A DNA stretch of 64,000 bases from Eledone cirrhosa (Eukaryota). Below the pieces are notes generated by a model that was not told where the DNA came from, did no database searches, and saw nothing but the letters and a program-made list of their open reading frames with translations. Every line of letters begins with the position of its first letter. Positions within the stretch are counted from its first letter, which is position 1. The translations under genes were made by a program, and so were the position numbers. The stretch is taken from positions 353,648,001-353,712,000 of the forward strand of contig OZ024741.1 in NCBI GenBank assembly GCA_964016885.1, written 5' to 3'. Shown here piece by piece: positions 39,918 to 52,685 of the stretch.

Positions 39918-40898
39918 TCTATATATATAAAACTGTGGTTGTCTGTCTGTCTATCGATTTTTGGCACACATCTCCTCTTAGAATCTCTCACGGAATTGCA
40001 CCGAAATTGCTATACTTGTACATTGAGCCCTAGCGAAGACATCGGAAAAAAAAATTTCAAATTGACCCACCCTATGTGACGAAATCGAATATAATGTATC
40101 GATTTTTGAGCGTAAGTTATCAGTTATTTCCCTTTGTTCTGTTTACATTGAGCGTCTTACGTAAAAAATTACGCTGGCTTTCTCAGCGTTTAAAATGACA
40201 TTAACACAATACACGAACAGTTCGAACACTAAGCTTCCGTTTTGCTTCATTTCCATTTAAAAGCATTTTAAAACAATATTTTTACTTGAAAACAAGTCTA
40301 TTTAAAGACTACGTAAAACAAGCAAATATTTCGTCGTTAGGCGTGCAGACAGACAGTCGTGCAGACAGACAGTCGTGCAGAGAGGTGATATACGCGTGCA
40401 GACAGACAGTCGTGCAGAGAGGTGATATAGGCGTGCAGACAGACAGTCGTGCAGAGAGGTGATATAGGCGTGCAGACAGATAGTCGTGCAGAGAGTTGAT
40501 ATAGGCGTGCAGACAGACAGTCGTGCAGAGAGGTGATATAGGCGTGCAGATAGACAGTCGTGCAGAGAGGTGATATAGGCGTGCAGACAGACATAACTGA
40601 TAATTTGGTTACGCTAATGTTTTTCTCTGCGTTGCAGTGTTTACATTTTCGATCTTTGTTAATAAATAACCAGTGCAGTTTTTATCCCCAGCACCCTCTT
40701 TTGTTATAACATTCGGGTTATCGTTATGTTTTCTTAACTTCATAAGGCATATTGTTGGTTGAGGGAATATTAATCAAAAACACCACATGCAAGTCTGCAC
40801 AGTAGACACTACAGTTTTTAAGCCAAAAAAGAAACTTAACATTGTAACTTTAACACAGCTACTGAGCGACCCCGAGCAACGCCGGGCTTTACTGCTAG
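39918..40898 (+). mobile_element. Non-autonomous Helitron
   Basis: 5' TCtatatatataaaa. 3' hairpin cccgagcaacgccggg lies 8 nt before the terminal CTAG. Inserted between A and T with no TSD. Confidence 0.88.
40338..40592 (+). repeat. 37-bp minisatellite inside the Helitron
   Basis: About 6 copies of ggcgtgcagacagacagtcgtgcagagaggtgatata. Confidence 0.95.
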
Positions 40899-40904
40899 TA
40901 CATT

Positions 40905-42200
40905 ATAAAGAAAGAAGAAACATTAGACATAAACCAAAAAAATATAAATACCCCATATTCCTCAACATTCTCGTACAGTTTCGCGGCTACTTTGCAAAAA
41001 CACTCCATCATAGAGATGCAGTATGTTTGTGAGGTTTGCCAGCTTATCAAGAGAATACCTCATTTAAAGTTTCAAAATACGTCTGCAAGGCGCGAGAGAG
41101 AACCCGGAAAGGCGGAGGGGGGAACTTATCACGTGATACAGCGGTCAAGAAACAGAGTTAAACTTCTTACAACCAAGAGAAAAATACCACAATGGCGGAG
41201 GGGGCATTAGTATCTAGGCTACAGACGCGGTGGCTAAGGAGGGCTAGAAGTGTAAATAGTGTTACCTGTTAATCTTTGTTTTGTCTTTTGTTGCTGCAGT
41301 TGTTTCTTTCATTCTAATATTTCGGGACTTAACATTCCCTTCTTCAGAGTCGAAGGAACTTCCAGATAAAAATGATCCGGTTTCTTCTCTTTGGAATTAA
41401 ATTTAGATTTATACAAATATATAAATATGAACCAACTATAAATATGAACCAACCCGGAAAGGCGGAGGGGGGAACCCTCACAGAAATACTGCATCTCTGT
41501 GATGGAGTGTTTTTGCAAAGTAGCCGCGAAACTGTACAGTCGATAATCTAGAGGAATATTGGGTATTTATATTTTTTTTATTTATGTCTAATGTTTCTTC
41601 TTTCTTTATATATATATAATTGTTTCCACTTTTGGCACAAGGCCAGCAATTATCCCAACTTACTGGTACTTTATTTTATCGACCCCGTAAGGATGAAAGG
41701 CAAAGTTAACCTCGGCAGGGTTTGAACTCAGAACGAAAAGGGCCATAACTCTATGCTGCAAAGCATGGCATCCGACCCTCTACCGATACTGCCAATCCAC
41801 CGCCATATATACACAATTGTCGGTACAAACGAAAGAAAACGAGCAATGAACACATAATGTCGAAGTTGAGTTTATATATATTAACAGTGTTATATAACAC
41901 TACACTGCCTGCTGTTTCAAGGCGAAATCGCGTCTAAATCATCAGGTACAGTTGAGAAATGTAAAACAAAATGGAATATGGAGTTTGTCGCCATTTTGCT
42001 AAGGGCCTCTAATAGTTGGTTCATATTTATATATTTATATAAATCTAAATTTAATTCCAAAGAGAAGAAACCGGATCATTTTTCTCTGGGAGTTCCTTCT
42101 ACTCTGAAGAAGGAAATGTTAAGTCCCGAAATATTAGAATGAAAGAAACAACAGCAGCAACAAAAGACAAAACAAAGTTTAACAGGTAACTTACTTTTAC
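40905..42200. repeat. Interleaved inverted repeats of PLE-type terminal cassettes
   Basis: 40905-41035 is inverted at 41475-41610, and 41250-41440 is inverted at 42011-42200. CTGAAGA..GAAA hammerhead-like cores at 41311-41352 (-) and 42100-42140 (+). Confidence 0.8.
41617..41804 (-). mobile_element. tRNA-derived SINE, family 1
   Basis: Reverse complement of the family-1 consensus. Confidence 0.92.
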
Positions 42201-43152
42201 GTTACATTCATCTTACAGTCCTTTTTGCATTGTTTAACCTCATATCACTTTCCACTTTATTTATATATATATATATATATATATTTGTGTTTGTGTGTGT
42301 ATGTGTGTGTGTGTGTGTGTGTTTGTGCGTATGCGTGTGTTGGTGTGTGTTGTATGTGTGTGTGTGCGCGTGTGTACGCGTGTCTATAGATTGATATCTA
42401 TTGATTTCTTTTGATTAAGTAAAATCTACATAATTATAAACAAATGAAATTTCATATTCTAACTTTCATGGTTTCACTTGCCATTAAATAATGGTTTTTG
42501 TTTTTGGTTTATCTATGCACAAAAGGTTATGATTCTAGGAACAGAAAATTGGATGATGTAAAGTTCACAGCTTTCCTTTGCACATCAGGATGCCAAAGTT
42601 AGGGGTTTTCATGTATGAAAGCTATTAAAATTACAACAATGTTGTCTCTGTTCGAGACGAAGTGAGTGCATTTGAATACATATAAAAGTGAGAAAACTCA
42701 TCACTAGAACAGCCGTTAAATCAACTAAAAGCTGTCAAAGACAGCGATGGGTAAACATGCCTCAGAGGACAGAGACCAGCAGCCAGTGGTCAACAGAGAG
42801 ACAATCCACAAGGTGGGCGGCAGGCAGATGAAATATAAAAAATATTGAAAGAGGAGGAGGACAATGGGTAGTGCGCTGACGCACAGAAGTGACTGGAAGA
42901 AGGAAAAAAGTTTGCACACACACATCTTCACCCTAATCAGCTTTCAAACCAGCAAAATGGTTTCGCACTCCTCCAATGTTAAGCTACTCTTCACGGTTTC
43001 TTTCTAACTAGTAACAAATGTCCTCTATGTTGTAAAAACACAGCACAAATGTATATATGGATATACAATCTTAGGTAAAATTTAATCTGAGTGGCGTTCA
43101 GAACTAGCTGTCGAAACGGCCGGAGCTCAGCCGTCGGGGTCCGGACTCTTTT

Positions 43153-43242
<90 letters not shown>

Positions 43243-43299
43243 GAACACTGGAAGGTAATATCCGTAGTGGTAAAGCATTCCATGGGACGAGTTTGGTAG

Positions 43300-43403
43300 A
43301 AGTAGTAACACAACAGTTAGTTCACCATACTGAGAACAATTGTTTCATTGGAAGTTGAAACTATTATTCTCAGTATGGTGAACTAACTGTTGTGTTACTA
43401 CTT
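43300..43403. repeat. Short foldback with hammerhead 3'-half motif
   Basis: aagtagtaacacaacagttagttcaccatactgagaa ... ttctcagtatggtgaactaactgttgtgttactactt (37-bp perfect arms). Each arm starts with tGAAA-N4-TR. Confidence 0.85.
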
Positions 43404-43415
43404 ATATATATATAT

Positions 43416-45956
43416 TGTTGTGTCTACATTAATGCTTCTCCCATATTCTCGCCTATCCATATTTATTCCCTTTCTTTCATTACACGTACACGTTCCAGCC
43501 ACTTATTGGCTACTCATCGGCAATCACACACAGTCTTCATATTGGTTGGCTCACCCGTCCAATAAGACCTTGGACTCAACGTGTGCGCACACGCATGTGA
43601 ACGTGACACTATACTCTGTACATCATGCTTTGCTTGCGGCTCCGTGCCATCCTGCGTACAGTTATACTTACGTTGTTTAATACAACTTCCTACCGTCTTT
43701 ACACTTGTTCTTACTTGGGAACTCGTACACAACAATTGGCGTCGCCAGGTTACCTGCTATGTTTTTTCACAAATTGGATCATTTTCTGAAAAATCACTAT
43801 GAATCAACCCCACTTGGATTACTTCTGGGTTGATGAATTCGCCCGACCACGCAGAAATGGACATCGTGGAAGAAGGAATTGTTCAACTACTTCAGCTTTC
43901 TTCCAGTGTCCAACCCATCCATTGCGCTGACAGACGACTTCAAATTAGCCTTAATGCGCCATTATCTTGGTGAAGCCGGTCGCCAGGAGTTCGATTGCCA
44001 CGATTTCAAGAATGTGGACGCAGCTATTTACGAACTCGCTAGTGGGGACAACACAAAACGTTTTCTTCGTGAGACATCAATTCAGTCGCCTTCAGGAGGA
44101 CCGCGATGAGTCATCTGAGAGTTTTACCTTAAAACTGCGCAAAAAATTACCGAATGTGAATAGAAAAGTCTAAGTCCAAAATTAAAGACGCTAGGCAGCA
44201 ACTAATCTCCGGAATTGAAAGTGATAGTACACGAGAGGAGCTTTTAAACGAGGATTCGCGCACCTTGTCTTTCGACAAAGCCTGTAATATAGTTCGCTGC
44301 AAAGAAAGCATTAAGTTTCAAGTGAAGGCTTTCAAACAAGAACAACATAATATTGATAAGGTTGCTCTAGAGCAAAGTAAAAAATCAATTCAATCCAACA
44401 GCAAATGTTTCTGCTGTGGGAATCCTGGTCATAAGCCGACCTTTCCCCAATGCCCCGCCAAAAATTCAATTTGTCGGAACTGTGGGAAGAGGGGTCATTT
44501 TGCCAAGTGCTGTCGCGACAAAACAGTTCACCGTATTGAAGAAGCAATAGAAACCGAAAACGATGTTACAATATATTCAATCATCAGTCAGCTTACTGCC
44601 GAGAATGATCATGAGCCTAAGCTTCCTAAAACCGATTGTCGGCACGTTAGTCTGTCGGCTGATGGTAAAAATGCCATTGATGGAGCTTCATTCAGCATCT
44701 CCAATTCCCATAACCCCGAAACTTTTTATCAGTCACACTTCAAGTTCTTGAGCTATTCTGATGACACTCTCGGCATTCGCGGATTTTTCTTCGCCAACAT
44801 TCAGGTAGAAATGAATTCCGCCTATAAGATTGCAGTTTGTGTTGGCCCAAGGCAATGTAAACCGCTGTTAGGTCGTAACGCCATGGTCCAATTTAGAATC
44901 TCGTCGAAGCTAGAGGACATGATTTCAACTGTTGGCGATGCAAACCCAATTGAGGAGCCAGCATCGAATAAAGGTGAGATAGCTTTGCCGCCGAACGAAA
45001 CGTAGCACCACCTGATAAAAGAATTCTCATCGGTTTTTGAGAAGAAAATAGGTCGAATCCCTCGTGTTCAGCACCTAATACGCTTGCGGCTCGGTGCTAC
45101 ACCATCAGCAATTCGTCAGCCAAGACCTATTCCGTTGGCAAAACAGGAGGCAGTCCTACAAGCTATTGATGAGCTTCTAGAGGCAGACGTTATAGAACCG
45201 ATCGAAAGTAGTGACTGGGTTCACCCGATGGTTTGTGTGCTTAAGAAGGATGGCCGCATTTGCTGTGATTTAAAACGCTTAAACGAACAAATTATTGTTG
45301 ACAAATGTATGCTTCCCTCATTTGACGAACTAGCGGCACATCTATAGCTGGTGCAAAATTATTCTCCGTAATGGACGTTTCTAACGCCTATTTCCATATG
45401 GAATTGTGTGAGAAATTGAGGCAGCTTACCGCTTTCCTTACTCCAAAAGGCCTATTTCAATACAAAGTTCTTCCCATGAGTCTCAGTTCTGCACCGGCTG
45501 CATGGCAACGCTTCATGACTTACAGTCTACGTGGGGTGAAAGGCATCGTTTTCTATATGGATAAGATTTGTGTCTTTGGGACATCAAAAGCTGAACACGA
45601 TCTAATATTACGACAGCTTTTTGACTGCTTACAAAAACTTCATCTCCATCTTAACAAAGAAAAATGTCACTTTGGTATCAACAGTATAAAATTTCTGGGT
45701 CATCATATTTCATCAGAAGGCATAAGACCCAGCACAAAAAACGTAGATGCAGTGCTTCGCACTCCGGCCCCCGCATCCAAGAAAGAAGTACGACAATTTT
45801 TAGGGATGTGTGCGTATGAGAGCATTCCATGGGACACTATACTCTGTACATCATGCTTTGCTTGCGGCTCCGTGCCATCCTGCGTACAATTATACTTACG
45901 TTGTTTAATACAATTTCCTACCGTCTTTACACTTGTTCTTACTTGGGAACCCGTAC

Positions 45957-45962
<6 letters not shown>
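43416..45962 (+). mobile_element. Gypsy (Mag-like) LTR retrotransposon, decayed; RNase H, integrase and PPT deleted
   Basis: 5' LTR TGTTGT..ACAACA at 43416-43734 with PBS-like tggcgtcgccag. Gag has two CCHC knuckles (CFCCGNPGH..C; CRNCGKRGHFAKCC). RT motifs RICCDLKRLN, MDVSNAYFHM, YMDK. Partial 3' LTR at 45833-45962. Inserted in (TA)n. Confidence 0.93.
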
Positions 45963-46012
<50 letters not shown>

Positions 46013-48732
46013 TGATATATATTTATCCTTATCGAGCCCTCTTTGGATTTTAGTCTTCACATTTATTATTATTACTATATATATATATAGAGAGAGAGAG
46101 ATTGAGATGGTCCAACGCCAAATAGATGCAATTATTGTACCCTGACACACCACGTAACACCTGCATTGGATATGTGCGTCTAAGCGCCCCATGTGACCTG
46201 CTTTTACCATTAAATATAAAGATAAACGTTAATACTATTTTATTGCTGGTCGCTTTAATTCTTTGATTATGGTGTTATAAAACTATTCAAAGCTATTGAC
46301 AAAGTTTTCATAATGCATCAGCTCTCGCTTAGTTTCTGGCATTATACCCGAGCTTCTTTCTTTCATCTCTTATAAGGTGTTCTGCCAGGAAGTGTAGGAA
46401 GAGTTGCAGTACCTTTGCTCTATAAATTGATATGTTATCCATAAGACTATTGCAACTACTGAATATCGAAAAAAAAAATTACTTTAAAAACAACAATCAA
46501 TAACTTTTTTTACAGTGTTGCAAACACCATAACCGAAAAGCGAACCTGTACTGAATCTAGCAAAGCTACAAGTTGGTTTCTAATTCACCTCACTTATATT
46601 GTAAATAAGCATGAAAAAGTCATGAACATCACAATTTGTCTTCTAAAGTAAATATAACCATGTCAAAAAGAACCAATACTTTATACATCTCACGGCACTA
46701 ACCGTGAGAGTTATAATCTCCTGTAGAGACGAACACATCTTTCTATTTCGATTCCCGGTTTAATCTATTTCACTAACGCTGTTAATATCACAGAAAAAGC
46801 ATGTAGGATGTTAATTCCATCGCTGCTCTTCAATAAATGAAAGGTTTCGTGTACAAGTAAACACATACTATTTTCTTGGTGTTTCTTTATTATGACACTA
46901 TTGTTAACATGAACTGGCAAATCTTACAAATTCGCCGTAATATTTTACTGGCAAAAGCAATTTCGATCAGTGGAAATCAAAGATTTATTTCCCTGATTTT
47001 AAAGTTAATGCTTTGCATACCATGTTATTAAATCAGTTTATTAATTCAATATCGAACTTGTGCGTTTCGCAATGACTCGGCAAACATGAATATCCTGCAC
47101 TTTATTTCATGGAGATGAAAAGAAAATACAAATATATGTAAGAATAATAATCATGGCGTAGCAAATGTCACATGAAAAGGAAACATTCATTGTTACATGT
47201 TTGCTACCTTCTCATTTTAGCCTACTTCAACTTCTTATTATCTTCATAAACATTTCTTTTCAATTGACACTGTTTCCACTGGCTGATGTAACTCGGTCTT
47301 TATATAATAATCTTGTTAGTATCATCATGTGTTAATAATAATATTGGTAGATTTCTCTTGTAAAGGGGAGGGGGCGTACGATACACTTTCTATTAATACT
47401 TATAACTATTTCACATCACTTTCATAAATAAAGTCTTATAGAAAAGCATGACAGTCATGCAAACGGAAGGGTGCTTAGAAAGATGGCGTTCTCCTACTTT
47501 TCAATTTCTATCGTCTATTCACCTCCTCCCTGTCGATCCCTTCCCAGCCTTGATATCACAGACTTTAGCGTACTCATATTTTCTAAAATATTTTTTCATC
47601 ACTGCATGAACGCCACAGAACTCCATTCTCCTCCAATTATAAACTAGTTACCAGTGCACTTGTTATTAGTTAATGTTTAGGCGAGCCAACGAAGAAATCA
47701 CTTTGTTAGAAATAACAGCCAACATTTTTAAAACGAAAAACACATTCAATGTTATAGTTCTAGATACCTTATTTCTGAAACCAAGTAGAATGCTTTTCAT
47801 CACTGACCTGCTCTACCAGAGTTGAGTTTGGGGCTAAACAACATCAACAACTTTAGTATCTAGGTACAAAATTTAAGGTATTGTAGCGTGACATTGAGTT
47901 ACCCATGAGTAAAGCTCATTTTTTTAAATTTTGATACATATTTTAGGACAATTTATTATTACTTGTTCTATTAATGCTCTTGAACAAAATCACAATCATC
48001 AATATATCACCGTCAACCTCTAATAAATATTTCACTTCATGTCGAAAGACAATCGATAATCACGCTTCTAGTAACATGGACAGTCAATGCAACTATTCGG
48101 GCTCTTAGTAATTTGAGACTGACTAAGTTTCTATTTCCACATAAATCCACTTAGCAGTTATTTAAGTTACCTTTAGACTGTAAGATATCTTTGAACTTCA
48201 CAACTTTCGAATTCGATCCTACAGCACAGAACTTTGAGCAAATGTAGGTCTGCAAGTTAACATGCCCTTTAGTCTATTTTTACCCGTATCAAATATTCAG
48301 CTCAGAAATATGTGGAACCAGCAATGGAATTTCTTCTCCGCATACATCCGACACCCATTAGCCGCTTTAAGATAATTCGAAGAAGGATAGAGGCACATCC
48401 CTGTAATTGTGTACATATATATGTATGTATGCTTTCATGAATGTATGTATATATATGTATGCATGTATATACCTATGCGTGTATATGTTTGTGTGTGATT
48501 GTATGTGTGCTTGTGCATGATTTTATATGTATGTTTGTATGTTTTTCAGTGTACGATTGTTACGTGTGTGCTGATGTTTGCATTGTTTTCAGTGAACAGG
48601 CAATTCTGCAAGAATCCCAGCTAATTGTGCTGTGATTCGGGAGCTGTTGTCGGTGATTTCAACAATAGCTTCGAATTGACCGAGAACAATTGAGTAGAAC
48701 TGCGCAGGAGGAAATCTGTTCGAACATCCACA

Positions 48733-48823
<91 letters not shown>

Positions 48824-48956
48824 TTCGGTATACAAGGATACAATTTACTTCTAGCACTCAACGTCATATTACTTCTTAAAAACATAGGATGGCGGAGTAT
48901 ATTTATAAAGAGGAAAATGCGAAGTTGAAGATATTAGGGTCCTTTATCTATTTGGG

Positions 48957-49006
48957 GCGTTATATATATTTCAATGACGATCGATGTCGGGATTTCTTCA
49001 GACAGC
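48957..49006 (-). ncRNA. Type I hammerhead-like motif, family F
   Basis: gctgt-CTGAAGA-aatcccgacatcgatcgtcatt-GAAA-tatata-TA-acgc. Confidence 0.65.
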
Positions 49007-49206
49007 AAAAATTGATTAAAAGGTAACGTTTCCGAGGCAATTTTGGGTGGAAGGGAGAGGACTAAAAAAAGTGTATGTTTTTGCTTTGAGTGTCCGCTCC
49101 CTTCTAATTTTTCAGAAAATCCTCACAGCCCTGCTTAGTCACAGGGTTGTGGGTGGCTGACCACTCAAATACAAACGAGGATACCACTAACCCCTTACTT
49201 GCTCTC

Positions 49207-49266
<60 letters not shown>

Positions 49267-49272
49267 CCTACC

Positions 49273-50980
49273 CGACTTTGGTGGGGCTCTGATCAACTTG
49301 GATCAATCTAAGGCGTTCGATAGGGTCGACCATGGTAACCTGGATGCGGTGCTAGCGGCGGCAGGCTTCGGACCCATTTTCAGGGGCTGGATCACTGCTA
49401 TGCACAGCAGCCGCATCTGCTCTAGGGTCAAGGTGAACGGCTACCTCTCGGAGCCGTTCAAAATCGCGCGGTCTATCCGACAAGGGTGCCCTCTCTCCTT
49501 CCTTCTGTATATGTTGACTCTCGAGCCACTACTGCGGAAGTTGGAGTTGTTGCAGGGCATCCCTTTGGAACCGGGATTGCGGAAAGCGGTGTTAGCCTAC
49601 GCCGATGACGTGACAGTAATGGTGTCGACGGCCTCCGAAATCTGGACGATCGGCACCTTACTGGAGGAGTACGAAAGGTTCACAGGGGCTAAGCTGAACC
49701 GGAACAAGTCGATCGGTTTGCAACTCGGCACGTGGAGGGGAAAACCGATGCCCTCCAATGGCGTCGTCGGACGTTGGACGGAGGGCCCGGTGAAGTTGCT
49801 CGGGGTCTGGTTCGGACTAGACCTCCAGATGGAGAAGAACTGGGCGGAGGTTACGAACAGGGTGTTTGCACTGACCCAGAAGTGGGCCAGTTGCAAACTA
49901 TCCCTGAAAGGTCGGGCGGAGGTGGCGAACACCTATATAGCGTCCGTCATCTACTACCGCCTGACCGTCGTGCCTTGCCCAAGAGAAACCCTCGCCAAGA
50001 TGGAGCGCGCGCTCTTCCAATTCCTTTGGAAGAGGCGGGCTCCCTTGGTGAGGAGATCCATCTGCTGTCAACACCCTTCGAAAGGAGGGCTGGGGATGCC
50101 GTGGCTAATGATGCGTAAACACGCATTAAGGCTACGGCACCTCCACATATTCCTCACCGGTCAACCGGTGTGGGCCTCGTTTGTGAGACGAACCTTTCCC
50201 AGACTCGTCTCACTCACCGAGCTGCAATCCTGGGTCAAGCAAAGACCGAGAAAACTGGGCGCCTGGCACACTGAGTGTGCCCAGGCGTTCACCGCCCTCT
50301 GGCAGGCGGATCCGGTTATCAGTGAAGACTCCACCGCAACATTCTATAGAGGGCTGGTACGCAGCAGGTGCGACGACGCCCTCGGAGAAGCCCTAGACAT
50401 GGAGGAAGACGAACTGGCCAGCCTGTTCGGTAGGACATTCAGCCCGGGACCTATGGACAACTTCCAAAAGTTCCTGGCCTGGCAGTGCTACCGAGGGGCT
50501 CTACCCGTTCGAGAAAAGCTCTATAGACACGGGCGCCCGGGTAGGGACCCCGCCAAAAAGATCTGTCCCAGATGCGTGTGCGACGAGGAAACCGTTGCAC
50601 ACGCATTGGTACACTGCTCGGGCATTGCCGATCTGTGTGGCTATGTCGAACAACTGCTGTCAAGGATGGGACCGATCCGTTTGACCACCGAGTCTATTGT
50701 AATGATCAAGCCGCCTCCCCCCTTCAAAGATGAAGCAGAGGCGGTGTTTCTGTGCGTAATAGCCATGGTGAAAGAGGTGGTATGGTGGACGCGTCTGAAA
50801 GGACTGAGGTCAGGCACCTTTCTCTCTGGCCAACAATTGGTCCGTTTCTTCCGATATCATTTCGGAAGAAGGATCAGGATGGAGAGAGAGGTGCTGTACC
50901 CCAGTCGTTTTTATGAAAGGTGGGTGAAAGTGGCGAGAATGGCCCGTGTGAATGGGCCTTCTCTTTACATAAGCCTGTAG
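49273..50980 (+). CDS. LINE ORF2 3' portion (RT + zinc knuckle), uninterrupted but lacking a start and the APE domain
   Basis: About 570 stop-free codons. The first 25 aa of the track ORF come from the (CTAT)n flank. Confidence 0.85.
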
Positions 50981-51244
50981 GTGGAAAAGAGGAAGGAACG
51001 AGGGAGCACCCGCTCTCTGTGCTCCTGAGGAGAAGGGTTACACACTTTTTTCGGGGGTGTGTGCGACCCCCCAAGGCGCCTCCTCTCTATTAAGGATTTT
51101 GTTATAAATTTTATTTTGTTATATTTTATTTTATTTTTGTATTTTGTTATTGCCTCCTCCTTATTGAGGACGCCTTTGCATGTAAACTCCCCCCATTGTA
51201 CTTGTCCCACTTTTTGATGCCCTGGTGGCAAATAAAAAGAAACA
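49273..51244 (+). mobile_element. Young 5'-truncated Tx1/L1-clade LINE
   Basis: Open ORF2 to 50980 with LDQSKAFDRV, RQGCPLS, AYADDV and C-terminal CPRC..ETVAHALVHC. 3' UTR with aataaa. 20-bp TSD tatctatctatctacctacc at 49253-49272 and 51245-51264. Confidence 0.95.
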
Positions 51245-51336
51245 TATCTATCTATCTACCTACCAGTCCCCCACCACTTCGGCCGACAACTCCATACGGT
51301 CAGTTAGAGTTCAGACCAGACAAAATGTATTTACTG

Positions 51337-51430
<94 letters not shown>

Positions 51431-51909
51431 TTTGTGTGTATGTTTGTGTGTGTATCAGTCTGTTATTGTGTGTTTGTGCTTGTATGTTTGCCTTGTGTAC
51501 GCGCATATCTTATCGCTGTGTATCGACGCATGATATAATTCATCGAGAAAGCCTAAAAACTTTGCTTTACATACGATGTTCCTTCAGTGAACCTATACTT
51601 TGCATGTTGGAAAACCTGTAAACAACGACACTATTGATCTCAAAAGGGTCAATATAAAAGCGAAAATAAATAAATCTTTTTTTAATATCCCTTGCCATCT
51701 TTACCAATGTATCAATCAATCATGAGACCGTAAATGGTACTGCAAGTCATTTTGGGCTCAATCTAGATGCCTGACTGTGAGTCTATCATGGCATTTCAAT
51801 GGGCCTTAGAAATATTTGGCGGTGCTTACCTCCTCTCTAGTCGTAGAACCTTTCATTAATTTTAGTCTGGCAGCAGAAGCAGTCATCAGAGCGTGACTGA
51901 ATAATTCTT

Positions 51910-52118
51910 TCTACTTTACACACAAGGCTAGCAATTTGAAGGGGCGGGGATATCAATTAAATCGACCCCAGTGCATTACTAGTGCTTTATTTTATCGACC
52001 CTGTAAGGATGAAAGGCAAAGCTCAGGATGAAAGGATTTGAACTCAGAACGTAAAGGGCCATAAATCTATGCGCGAAGCATAGTGTCTCACGCTCTACCG
52101 ATACAGCCAATTCACCGT
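51910..52118 (-). mobile_element. tRNA-derived SINE, family 1 (long form, decayed)
   Basis: Reverse complement of the family-1 consensus. Confidence 0.85.
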
Positions 52119-52285
52119 GGCTGAATAAGGTCATAGAGCAAGAGGTGATAGTCAAGTAAGAACCAGTGCACCCATCATCCCTACGGATGTCACTGCCAGA
52201 CATCTAGATATTTTCTCTTCCTTAAAACCCTGGGTTTTAGATAATGTTTCTTTTATATCCTGGATAAGGATACGTCCGGTATTGA

Positions 52286-52685
52286 AATAATTGTTTCTAC
52301 TTTTGGCACAAGGCCAGCAATTATCCCAGTGCATCACTGGTAATTTATTTTATCGGCCCGTAAGGATGAAAGGTAAAGTTAACCTCGGCGGGATTTGAAC
52401 TCAGATCATAAAGGGAGGTAACTCTATGCTTCAAAGCATAGCGTACGACCCTCTACCGATACTGCCAATTCACCGTCCGGTATTGAAATAATTGTTTCTA
52501 CTTTTTGGCACAAGGCCAGCAATTACCCAGTGCATTACTGGTACTTTATTTTATCGACCCCGTAAGGATGAAAGGCAAAGTCAACCTCGGCGGGATTTGA
52601 ACTCAGATCGTAAAGGGACGTAACTATGCTGGAAAGCATGGCGTCCGACCCTCTACCGATACTGCCAATCCACCGCCAATCCACC
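52286..52685 (-). mobile_element. Two tandem family-1 SINEs (52286-52474 and 52487-52685)
   Basis: Each copy is flanked by cgtccggtattgaaataa, which occurs three times. Confidence 0.92.

Noticed and set aside
40338-40592. 37-bp repeats as a CRISPR array
   Set aside because: The repeats are contiguous with no unique spacers, lie inside a Helitron in eukaryotic DNA, and have no cas genes nearby.
48589-48733. Mariner transposase HTH-like peptide (EAIVEITDNSSRITAQLAGIL)
   Set aside because: The similarity is too short and weak, and no TIR or DDD domain was found.
49199-49272. N-terminal extension of the 593-aa ORF
   Set aside because: It derives from the (CTAT)n target flank, not from the LINE.
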